Below are positions 25,485-36,945 of a stretch of DNA of 64,000 bases, piece by piece. This DNA comes from Camelus ferus (lineage: Eukaryota). Below the pieces are notes generated by a model. The model ran no database searches. It had not been told where the DNA came from and saw only the letters and a list, made by a program, of their open reading frames with translations. The stretch is from the NCBI RefSeq assembly GCF_009834535.1, contig NC_045697.1, positions 66,776,001 through 66,840,000 on the forward strand, written 5' to 3'. The position numbers and the translations under genes are program-made. How positions within the stretch are numbered: the stretch's first letter is position 1; each line of letters starts with the position of its first letter.

Positions 25485-25697
25485 TAGGAGACCAGGCCTT
25501 GTTTAGTCAGACTTTGTGTGTTTAAATCTCAGTTTCAACTCTTTCTCTTATTACATGACCTTGAGCGAGTTCTCAGTGCCTCAGCTTCTGTATTGTAATA
25601 CGGGAGAAGTAACACTATATAGACTAATAAGCTTGTTGGAAGAAGCACTTGAGTTATTACATGAGAAACACTGGGAACAGTGCCTGGCACTCAGGTT
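25485..25697 (+). mobile_element. MIR SINE
   Basis: tgaccttgagcgagttctcagtgcctcagcttc..tgtaatacggg; gaacagtgcctggcac. Confidence 0.8.
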
Positions 25698-27529
25698 TGC
25701 TCTGCTTTGAGAAATCTCTCCTTTCAATTTGGAAAGGGCTTTGTTTTCCCCTGGCTCAGGTGATGCAAAGCAATAGTTAATGAATATTTCTGATAGTTAG
25801 CGTCTCTTTTTATTTCCATTTTTCTCTATTCTTTCTTCCCAGGACCCCAAGCCTCTGTGTCCTGCCACTTACAGTTACCTTGGACTGCAGCTGTCTCTTA
25901 GTCCAAATATGTCACACAGAACATAGGAATGCATAAGTATATATTCAGTCACTTTGAAAAGCACAGCCTTTTATGAATGAGAAATTGCCAGAGTTATCAA
26001 GGTGTTTTGAAGTGAAAGCCGTTATACCATTTTTGCTGTTATTCCATGTCAGTCATTGTTATTTGATACCAGAAATAAATACTTGGACATGAAATCAGAT
26101 AATGGCCTCGAAAGTTACATGCCTGCTCATCATTATTTTAAATTTGAAATAGAAGTATGTGTTGGGATGAGCAGAGAAGTACTAAAGCATCCATCCACAT
26201 GTTGCTTTTTCTACCAGGCTTAACTTTTACAGAAGTAAGCATTGATGTGGACACCAAAATTTTGTCTTCTATTGATAAATGTATGCTTTTAAAGAACATC
26301 CCACTTATTCCTAAGTAATTTACCATCCTACTTTACACACTACAGGTCATAAGATTAAACTTGTCTTTGTAAAGTGCTGAGTTGCTGTGATTTAACTCAA
26401 ACCTTATCTTTAAGACAAGCCTCATAAATTGAGTAATAATTAGTCATAGTTTCCACTGGAATTTTTACTGCTTTCACCATCTGCTCTTCTCAGTCTGTGA
26501 GAAGACTGGTACGAGGTTGGATCTATTTTACAATAACTAAGTAAACTTTGACTTCTAATAATTATTTTCTATTGAAAAAGTGATTGCTATATTTACAGGT
26601 TTTGAGAAGGTGATAGATTAATCTGCTGCAATTTATTCTTCAGCTTTTTCGATGCATCGTAGGGAGACTTTATTTTCACTGGTCATATGTGCATGATTAG
26701 TATGTGCATAGTATTAGTAATGACCTCGATGTTAGAAAATAATCATTTCACCATTTACTGGCTATTGTGTACTTGGGCGTGTGCGTACTCCTAGTTTTGG
26801 TTGCTGTTGAATTTGCCTTTGTAGTTCTTAGCCATCTAGTCCTCATTTTGGAGTGGAAATTCACTGCAGAACACAACTAATTATTTCCGCATTTTTCTCT
26901 ATTTTCCACATAGGCACTCAGTACATTAGCGCTAATCAGGCTGCTTGGTGCATGCTACAGGGGTGTGCTCGATAGCCTCCTTCTCCCATAAAGCCACTCT
27001 CACAACCCCAAGAGAGATGCCAAGAGCTAAAGAATCAAAGTTGTTATGTTGCCTAATGCAGAGAAGGAAGGTGAACTGTCAATATGCTGTAACTGTAAAA
27101 CAGGCGTAATTTTTTTTATATGAATGCCTCGATGTTCAGAAAGCATGCAAAAAGAGTTCCCATTGTAAGGAGAAATAGAAAAGTCCAGTGAATAATCTTA
27201 TCTCTTGCCAAGAGTCCCACTTTGATTCACAACCCTCATTTCACTGTATATGGAGTAAAATTTCAGGATGAAGTGACACTTTGCTTGGAGGGATGAGCTT
27301 ATTTTGTGTTCTACAGGAATCCGTTATGATAATGTGTATATATTTGCTCTTAGAAAACTACTTAGAAAAGTTATAAAATCTAGTTTTTAAGAAAGTGTTT
27401 ATACTTGAAAACTTAAATGTCTTTCCTTCAAAAATTTGCAAATGCTAAAATCAGATTGGATGAGCTAGTTTACATCAAACAATGAATTTCTTTGGTCACA
27501 AGTTTCAGCTAGTATTACTATACAAATTA

Positions 27530-27675
27530 TTCCCACATACATGGGGCAGATTCTTTAAGGTACTGTTCTAAGCGTTTTATACATATGAATGAATAAATAC
27601 TACTCTCCTCATTTTACAGATGAGGAAATTGAGGTTCATGGAGGTTAAGTAAATTGTCGAAAGTCCCATGGCTAA
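27530..27675 (-). mobile_element. MIR SINE
   Basis: Near-consensus core cattttacagatgaggaaattgaggttcatggaggttaagtaaattgtc. Confidence 0.9.
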
Positions 27676-28343
27676 TTATTCAGATTAATAATGAATTGGG
27701 TGACTCATGTAAACAAACTGTACTCCTTGCAATAAGGAGGTGATAGTTGATAGGACAGAATGTATGTCTGCAACTAACTGTTCTTCAAGGCACAGTAAAA
27801 TGTATAACAAGAAAAAGTTCCATGAGTAGTCAAAAAAAGACATATATTTCTAATTGAAAATGTAACATAGGTGATGAAGGAGAAGGGGGGCTAATATTGA
27901 CTGAAAGAATATGAGCAGAGGCATAGGAATATAAAACAACAAGGTGCATGTAAGTAGGGCCAGGGAGCAGACCATGGCAGGAGGTGAGGGTGGAAAGATA
28001 GCTGGGGTCAGCTGATGCAGCACCTTGAGTGACTTCCTAAGAACTTTAGAGTTAGAGCTTTCTGTTTATTTTGCTTCAGCTTTTTGGTTTTGCAAGTTCA
28101 TGTGAGTGTGTTGTTATTTTTAGAAGGCAGCAGTGCAAATAATGGATATAGAAGTGGGAGAAAGATCAGAGAGTACTGTACTAGTACTGATTAGAGAGAG
28201 GGATAAAGGGGATAGAAAGGAGGGGCTCCAGCCAACAGCTTGTGTTTTGCCACAAGGAAACAGGGCAAACGTAGGAACATGTGTCCCTGTACTGGGGCAA
28301 AAGAAATCAAAGCTACGCACACCTGCTGATGGTAACAAGGACT

Positions 28344-28436
28344 TCTTTTTTTCCTTCCTCTTCTCTCTCTCTCCTCTTTCCTTCTTCCCCCAAACTCTCT
28401 TTTCTCCCCCTTTCTCCTCCCCCTCCTCCTCCTCCA
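28344..28436. repeat. Polypyrimidine (CT-rich) low-complexity tract
   Basis: About 90 nt of almost only C/T. Confidence 0.9.
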
Positions 28437-28479
28437 TTATTATTAGTAGTATTTATTATTAAATGATTTAATGAAAATC

Positions 28480-28620
28480 TCAGGTCAGCCTTAAGACCTT
28501 ATATCTGAGCCTTAGTGATTTATAAAAATGGGAATAACTACTGTATTGGCTCTGGTAAGACGTATATAAAGTGTGTGAAAGCTCTTAGAACAGTGCTTCA
28601 CCTGTAGTAAGTATGCAGTA
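28480..28620 (+). mobile_element. MIR SINE 3' fragment
   Basis: ctgagccttagt..taaaaatgggaataac..gtgaaagctcttagaacagtgc..tagtaagt. Confidence 0.7.
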
Positions 28621-29609
28621 GTTTTCTTTTACTTGTGGATCATTTCAGCAGTTATTCACTTGCCCGAAGCATACAAAGCACATTGTGATGGCCTTTGTAT
28701 ACAGTAAAAGGTTAATAGGCAAGCCGCTTTCTACACACAACTTTCAGATTGTCTTCAAACATTTTAAAGCAAGTGGCTGTCATACCTATATATTCTCTTA
28801 ATTGTCTTCCTGTTAAAAACATAGGGCATCAAGAGTCTGATGGAGTCATATAACTGCCGTCTGTGATTATATACCAATGGAAGAGCTGGGGTACATGATT
28901 AAGTGTAGACCAGTTTTAAAATTTCACTAACACTGTATGTGGGTGTTACAGAATGCATGTGTGTGTACTTTCTGAGTCTGTTTAACACACACACATATAC
29001 GTTGATACAAGTATCTTGCAAAGTGTAAGATGCAATAAAGACACAAAATACTGTTAAAAAGTAGCAGCTAATGCTACCTACCAGTTGGTAACACCTTGTG
29101 AAGTGAATGAATATGGCCTACAACGCATGCTATTTTTAAGACACATTCATGTATAGTGCTCTGGAGGCAAAGTTGATGTGACATACTGAACAAGTCTAAA
29201 TATGAGTAAGTAATACTGGTACAACTTCATGTGATGCGTAATGTTCTGTAGTGTGTCTTCATACAGTGCCACAATTATTATCACTGCTAGCAGGAGCCAT
29301 GATAATGGAAATTCTATATGTCTTTTCTTCCAAATAGTGAAATCACTTTATAAAACAAATTACAAAGTGGTTAAATTGACGGAAATTAGAAATGTGAATT
29401 AGTACCAGTGTTAAATAACAGTAGGTCATAGAAAATAGACTTGTGTGTACACATTTTTTTTAACTGCTCTATATCTTTAAATTGGTTCCGGATTCTGATA
29501 GTGGCTTTATAAATTAAACAGTTGGAGTGAAAGATGTATGCTTTTCTGTGTTACAAATCTCAGTCTTTACCATCAAGTTTTAATCCATAGATTTCTGAAA
29601 AATGAAGGG

Positions 29610-29785
29610 AACTAACATTTATTGGGCATGTATGCTAAGTGCTTCATATAGTACTGCATTTAATCTTAGAATAGCCGTGTGACAAGTAAACATTATTCCT
29701 CCTATTTTCAAGATAGAGAAATGGGGGTCTAGAGGAACTGAGGAGTGTCTCCAAAGGCGTGCAGCTGATTAGCCCAGCTGGGCAG
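29610..29785 (-). mobile_element. MIR SINE
   Basis: actaacatttattgggc..tgctaagtgcttca..atttaatc..cattattcctcctattttcaagatagagaaa. Confidence 0.75.
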
Positions 29786-30184
29786 GATCTCCGGCCCATG
29801 TGCTATCTTTCATAAGTGAGTCCAGGTTACACTGGCATTAGAGACAGTGTCCAGAACCTTCCTCTCACATCCATGTTCCAATGTTTTGCTCGTTAATAAT
29901 TTAAGATATAATTTAATTGAATTGGCTCTGTCAGAGTAGGGTCAGAGTCTTTCTTGTGTTTGAAAATTGTATGTCTAGGGGACAGAAGGAGTATCAGAAA
30001 AATTCAGCTGCTTTTTTGCATTTTGTTTTCAATTTTTAAAAGTGGAGGTTTTATCAAATAGCAATCACAGTAGAACATACACACACCCCTCTCAGAAATA
30101 ATCATTAATATATGGCAGATAATATTGTTTGTACATTCTCTCACATTAGATGACTCTTGAAACCTTCATAATAGGGAAGTTGTT

Positions 30185-30310
30185 CCACATACGCAGTCAG
30201 CAATTTATGTATGCCTGCTGGATGCCTGACATTATTTGAGATGCTGAGGATGTTGTGGTTAACCAAAGAGGTAGAATTCTTACTCTCATGCAGTTTATAC
30301 CCTGACTGGA
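30185..30310 (-). mobile_element. L2 3' terminal fragment
   Basis: cagcaatttatgtatgcctgctggatgcctgaca..agatgctgaggat..ctctcatgcagtttata. Confidence 0.6.
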
Positions 30311-31224
30311 ATATTATAAATATTTCCCCCAAGTGTGAAGTAATAGCATTTTTAAGACCACATGTGAGAAATACGCTTTCAGAGTTTCTCCATAAAATGT
30401 TTTTAGATGGAGGAAAAGGTCTACTAAGCATATCCCTTCTTTAGGGTTTTGAATGGTATACATTCTGACTTTTCTAAATTCAGAATTGGCTGTTTTCTGC
30501 AGCATAAAGGAAAAACTGATCCGTGTTTGGAAATCAAGACTTAAACTATGGTCAAATCAAGACATTAACATAAAGTTAGAGAAAAGCTTATCTCATTATG
30601 GTCAACCTTTCAGTGTTCAATATGAAAAAGAAAAAGTAATCAACCATACAGAAGAAACAGAAAATACTGCCCATGAGAGCTTACAACCAAAAAGCAAAAC
30701 AAAGCGAACAAAAAAATCAACCAGGACTGGTTAGTGCCATATTTGGCAATTTTTTTTCTCTTTTTTTACTTTTTTTTTTTACTTTTCTCTTTTTACTTTT
30801 CTGAGAATGTGAACTTTCTGTACCTGTTTATTTTACTTTCATATTAATGAATCATTTCTTCTTAAATGTTCATCAGCATTTCATAATGGGCAGCATCTAA
30901 GTGGTGCTAGCTTAATTAAAGTTCTGTATTTTAATTGTGTTAAATACCAGTTAATAACATTAAAACATAAATTTACATTGATAATTGCTTTCACATGTAT
31001 TTGAAACACAATACTTCTGCAAGCAATCTAGTATTTCTAAGTGAAAATCTCTCTTGAGCAGCTCAAAAGGATTCGATAATTGTATAAGTTTCTTCATTTT
31101 TTCTTTTAAAAATTATCTCTTTTACTCACTCCTACTGTTCAAAATTTCTCAACTTATATTAAGTATAAACTTTATATCTCTAATGGCCAATAGTTGGTCA
31201 TCTAGTGTGACAACTTTCAAAATA

Positions 31225-31753
31225 TGATTCTCAAGTGTAATAATAAGATGTATTAGTAACATTTGCACTGATGGTACAAAGGAAGTAGTGGTTAGAACTG
31301 CTGATAGAACCTTAGCACAAATCAAGACAGAACACCAAACTGCACTCCAGTCTTCACTGCCAGGTATCACAATAAACACAGTAAACGCAGTCAACCAAAC
31401 AGGCCAACTGGCCAGACACCCTACGAGCTAACCAGACACCAACATCCAACAAGAAGCTACCTTCATTTAGTAATATACTGGATGAAGCAGTAAAAATTAC
31501 TAAGTTTATTGAATTCCAACCTCTGAGTAGATATCCTTTTAATATTCTGTGTGACGAAGTGTGTAGTAGGTAGAATGAAATTCTTCACCATACTGAAGAT
31601 TTAATGGTTACCTTGACGCTTTTTTTCATGAAACGCAATTTTGCTAGAGAGAATGACTGACAGACAAACTGTGGTTATTCAGGCATGGGTATTTGCAGAC
31701 ATATTCTCAAAAATGAACAAAGTGAACTTCCCACTTCAAGGAAAACAGCTGAT

Positions 31754-31792
<39 letters not shown>

Positions 31793-32475
31793 TTTTTTTT
31801 TTTTTGCTAATGATAAAACTCAAACTTTCAAACAAAAATTAGGATTTTGGAAAGCTTGTATCCACAGGACTGACCAGCATAACTGAGTGAACCAAGAATT
31901 TTTCTCCACATAATCAATGCCATTGTTTCATATTCATGCATGTGTGAAAAATCCATTCAAAGTACATGACAGACAGTAGATTTTAATTTATCAGAATATG
32001 AAAATTTCAGTAGGGTTTCAGATTCCACATTGCGTCTAACTGAAGAGACACCTACCTGCCCAGTGTGTGTATAGTATTAAAGAATAACCACTATTATGAA
32101 AAAAGTCTGTTAAAAGATAGCTCCTTTTCCAACTTTATGTCTGTGGCTGCATTCTCTTCATATATGTCAAACCCAACATATTGCAATAGATTTAATTCAG
32201 AAGCAGATAGCCAATTTATTAAGTTAGACATTAAAGAGATTTGCCAAAATATAAAACAGTACTACCTTTTTCACTATTATTTTTTGAAAATATGTTAAAA
32301 TGGGACGGTTCATTATCATTTTACATGAATTATACCATATTTTAAAACTTCAGTTTTAATTTCTAATATGATAAATATTGATAACTATAATCCACATAAA
32401 CACCAAATTTGGTGTCCTTAATGATTTTTAGTAATGAAAAAGGATCTGGAGAACAAAACGTCTGAGAATTGCTCT
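31225..32475 (+). mobile_element. Charlie1-type hAT DNA transposon fossil with transposase remnants
   Basis: Remnant peptides ICTDGTK (31261), ILDEAVKITKFI (~31474) and ADIFSKMNKVNFPLQGKQL..FANDKTQTFKQKLGFWK (ORF 31641-31886). Right end tataatccacataaac...gtctgagaattgct. Many stops and frameshifts. Confidence 0.88.
31754..31805. repeat. Compound (TG)n(TA)n(T)n microsatellite inside Charlie1
   Basis: Direct inspection. Confidence 0.95.
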
Positions 32476-32649
32476 CTAGAGGAGTCGTTGCTTTAAAAGT
32501 CAGAGAGCAGAGCTTCCTCCCGCCTTTGCCTGCTGTTCACTTGATGGTTCTCAGGAAAATAACCTCTTCCAGCCCTAGTCCCGTCATGTATAAATGAGTA
32601 TTTTGAGGGTTACATTATATGAGATTTATAAACAAATAATTGGGGATAG

Positions 32650-32790
32650 ACAAATAACATCTTATTTAATCCTCTTAAAGACTCCTTGAAGTGTAAGTAC
32701 TGTTGCTATGAAGTGTTTGAGATTTAAAAAGAATTAAGACCTGGCCTGAGGTCACACAACTAATAAATGGCAGAACTGGGATTCTTACAC
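32650..32790 (-). mobile_element. MIR SINE fragment
   Basis: cttatttaatcctc..; ggcctgaggtcacacaactaataaatggcagaactgggattc. Confidence 0.7.
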
Positions 32791-35602
32791 TTTATTAATA
32801 TGATATTCACTACCCACTTTTTAGGCTATAGATAATGGAAAAAGAAGGCGTATCAGGAAAGTGGAAGTTAACATAGAACTGTAATGTGTTTGAAGTAGGA
32901 GGGAGGTTAGAGAACACATCTTCCTATCATCTCGTTTTACTGATAAGATAACTCAGGGAGCACAGGTACACCGCTGTGACCCTTACATCGCTTTGAACCT
33001 GGCAGCATTCTAAACATACTTGTTCTCGTCCTTTCCTAGCCTCCAGTTCTTTCCTTGGCCAGACTGAAAGACCTTCAGTATCTTTGGCAAGAACTGTACT
33101 TACCCGTCCCACACAGATGCCAATGAAAACAAAAACACACAAAAACAAACAAGAAGACAGGGAGGTTGTGGTAAAAAGCCATAACCTGCTTTGACTACTG
33201 CTTGACCCTTTCTCTGAGTTTTTCATGATTTTGATTTTTTTTTTTCAAACTTTAGGAACTCAGTGCTTGTTGGAAATTTAGCTGAATTTAAGTACTTTAA
33301 GAAGGGAGTATTGGGGGGACTTAATACTGTGATACAAAGACAAAGGGAACTGATCGTTGGGAATAGCAAAGTGCACATGACTGTCAGGGTCGGACAGCCC
33401 ATCTTGGAGCAGGCTGGTAAGATTCCACGATAAGTCTTTCGGTCATTTCTAGAGAGGAGGGCGCAGTGCTAACTATGTGTGCTGATGCTTCCTCTCTGCA
33501 CCCACGACCCCTTGATACCTTATGGATGATGGAGTTAAGGTTTGGTACCACCACTCTGTTTATTCTTTTTGTGTTTCTTCCTAATTTGTTCCCATTTTAC
33601 TATTATTGAGTAGGATTAAAAACATGAACTTCATCAATGGAGTTAATATGCTATATCAGAGCAAAATTCAACCTTCATTTAAACATAGTTTGTGTAAATA
33701 ATTAGCTCAAGGGAAATGAAAGTTACTTCCGGGCTGCTCTGTGTGTTAGTTTAATTTTGGAGATCCTCAACTGCTGTTCATTTTTGTCTGTCCTATGATT
33801 TTTTTTCCTTTTCTCTAATACATATTGTCTACTTTTAGTCTGTTCAAACCCCTTTTCAGTAAACTTGTTAATGCAAACCCACAAGCATACGTAATGTAAT
33901 AGGTATGTAATTTTCCCTAAATATATAAATATAGACATCAGCTTAAAATCTGCCTGAAATGATGTGGGTGAAGTCAGGGATACCCATATGTACATCCATA
34001 TCTAATATATAAAGATACATGTACTTAGTTATGAGTGATTTCCTGTGCTTGTAGCCAGGCAGACTTGGACTGGTTTTCATTCCTCCCGTCCATGAGTGTC
34101 ACTGTCTGAGACAGTGGGAGGTTAGATGTCCTTTCCCAGACTGTTCATTTGGTAAGGGTAGTTGGAAGTAGTTAGAGATACAACACGTTTTGGTGTTTGG
34201 GAATCTTTTGGTCACCAGAGCAGCCACTGCTTCCTCCTGCACAGAAAGACCCACCATCCCTCTCTTTGTTACCCATCCAGGGAACGTGGTCATGGGAAAC
34301 GCAGTCACTGTGTGGCACTGCTGTATTACCGTGTTGACTCAGGGTCATCTCCTTCACACTCAGTTTCTGATCTAAACAGGTGTGTTTGGCTGAGTCTTTT
34401 CCAGTGATCTAATTCATTCATCAGTATTCCTTCCCCAAACACATCCTGAGAACCTGCGTTTACTGCCTGCACCTTACTTGGTAAGTCATCGCTATGCTGG
34501 TTTTCTAAACAAAACATTCTGGACATTCTGGAGGTTTCTAAGTCGGTAGCGTAGCCAAGGCTAGAAATCACAATTCCTGCACCTGTTTGGAATCTAGTTA
34601 TCCTGTTATACGTGTGACTTGGCCTATTGTAAGAGCTGGTGCTTGATTACATGATTTGTGTATAAGTTACTACATTTTGCTATAAAGGCACAAGCATAAG
34701 CATCTCAGGTTTTCCTTTCAGGGTTCCTTTGTCCTTTCTTCCCAGTACACTCATTTTCTCTTTGTCCAAAACCCTTCTTCAGCTGGGCTCATCTAGCCTG
34801 GGAAAATGGCTCTTTGTTCATAACTCAGGAAGGAACATATGAAGGCAAACCATCCCATGTGAGAGACTGTGATCTCGGCCGTGCATCTGGGGGTGTGAGG
34901 AGAGATGGGATCCAGCAGGCAAACGACGGGGTAGATTCCCCAGGAGGACGAGCAGAGATGAAAGCTCACAGTTAGGAGGTGTGTGATGAGTGGAGGAGGG
35001 TAAACAGGGTCATTTCACACCTGGTGTTTCCTGTATTCTCAGTGGGGATGGGAGGGAAGAAAGGCGACATCTGGATCTTCAAGTATATTGTTTTTTTTGA
35101 GAAGCCACTGGGGACTGGGAGATAAGAAATGAGGAAGGAGGCAGAAAAAGTTCTCAGATCCAAAAAAGGCCTATCCTGCACATGTATTTGAGTAGAGGGC
35201 CCCCGCCCTTGTCTTCCTCGTGCATTGTATAACACTAGTAGTGGGTTGCTGCTACTGAGAAGGGAAGTAAAGCTGAGAAGCTTGACTTGTGCAGATAGCA
35301 AATTTATAGGAAGATTTATCAGCCACAACCAACATTGCTGCAGGAGGGTAGAGTGCCGTGCATCCTTTTCTGAGCGTTCGCTCTTGTGCTGGGCATGAGC
35401 ACCCAGGCTCTGGATGATGGACTGAGAAGAAGAAACAAGAAAATGTGCTTTAAAAGTTTCAGTTTTCTTATTCACTGGAGGGACTTGTTCAGTAGTGAGA
35501 CGTTTTTGAGGTTTGGAAAATACTCAGAACATTTGGGGAAAAGAGACAAATTTTGTGCTAATTGTTACTTGTGGCTCCTCCCTGTGGACCTACTTGTGGG
35601 GA

Positions 35603-35627
35603 GTGTGTGTGTGTGTGTGTGTGTGTG
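35603..35627. repeat. (GT)12 microsatellite
   Basis: Perfect dinucleotide run. Confidence 0.97.
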
Positions 35628-36810
35628 AAAAGGAAGGGTTATATAAATACTACATCTTTTGAATGAATGTTTATATGGTGGATAATTATTTTTTTAAGTC
35701 TAAATTGATTATTTTAGATCATTAAGAAACATAACCAGGAATCTATGACTATTAGGTCATTTTACTGGTAGGAAGAATTTTTCTGTCTTTGATTGGGAAT
35801 CCAGTCATTTAATGGTAGGAATTTCCTTCTAGTCACTATTTTTAAAAAATTAAGAACATGTCACGTTTAAGTTGCTGTTTGTGTTTAACAGAGGTTTTGA
35901 ATGGCTAAGTACAGTTTTTTAGCATAAACCCTGGTAATTTCAGAATTGAAATACTACTGTCATCTTTCTGTCCCAGGCTTAGTTTCCCCAAGAGCAAGTA
36001 GTCATTAATATGAACCAGTTTCCCTTAAGCATTTGTTACTAATATCCTAACATTGGATTTTGTTGTGGTTACCATAGTTTTCATGATATGACAAAAACGT
36101 AGGTTTGTTGATATCAAATATTTTATTCTTGTTCAACCTGTTGTTTTGTCAGTGAAGTAGAACAGAAGAGGTGATACTGAAGAAAACATTAAAGGTTTTC
36201 TAAGAGGTGGCAATGGATGTGGTGTTACTAGCAGAGATGCTTTTGAACAATACTGCTAAGGAATAGGTCTAATGAGATTTGGGATGTTTTTAAAAATTAG
36301 TCAGCATTAGTGTAATGTTCCTTCAGGGAGTGTTTGTAATGCCCACAAGAATGTGTCGGTAGATGGGTCGGGTTCCAAGCCAACCTTCAGGCGCTTTTAG
36401 TAGTTGACGTGACACACACCTGTGTGTTCTCTTTTCTGACCTCAAAATTGTTTTGAAAAGCTCCTGACATCTGGAAGTGTGAAAAAGAGCAGATTTAGAT
36501 TTGTTTTCTGACAAGTAGGAATAATAAGTTCTAAACGTAGTGTGTTTGCCTGCATGTGGTACTTGCAGGAAGGGCCTTGTTTATCTCATATCCCTCTAAT
36601 CAGCTGTGGGGTGAAACCTCCAAGGTTGCAAGGTAGATTAGTATTTTTCTTGAAGCATTTTAACATGTGAGAGATTGGAATATGTGTGTGTATATATATA
36701 TTTATATAATAAACGTAAATACATGAAAAAGAGCACTCAGCTTGTGTTTCTTTTTCTTGGGAATAGTCATTTAGAAATTTTCTCTTAAAACAGTTAAATT
36801 GTTTGTGAAT

Positions 36811-36945
36811 GGGAGTTAGCTATGGCTCAGTGGTACAGCACATGCTCAGCATGCATGAGGTCGTGGGTTCAATCCCCATTACCGCCGTCACAAATAAATA
36901 AATGCCTGATTGCCTCCCCACCAAAATAAATTAATTAATTTTAAA
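36811..36945 (+). mobile_element. tRNA-derived SINE, camelid Vic-1-like, with perfect 15-bp TSD
   Basis: Pol III A box TGGCTCAGTGG (36823-36833), B box GGTTCAATCCC (36866-36876) and an AT-rich tail. TSD aaattgtttgtgaat at 36796-36810 and 36946-36960. The body (catgctcagcatgcatgaggtcgtgggttcaatcccc) resembles the recalled Vic-1 consensus. Confidence 0.9.

Noticed and set aside
28120..28466. Three overlapping ORFs (E/K-rich and S/F/P-rich)
   Set aside because: They arise from a CT-rich low-complexity tract that lacks stop codons.
34972..35475. Longest ORF in the track (167 aa, minus strand)
   Set aside because: No recognisable domain, Ser/Leu-rich random-like composition and no splice support; this length can arise by chance in 64 kb over six frames.
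36811..36885. tRNA gene
   Set aside because: A and B boxes are present, but there is no convincing acceptor stem. The AT-rich tail and 15-bp TSD mark it as a SINE.
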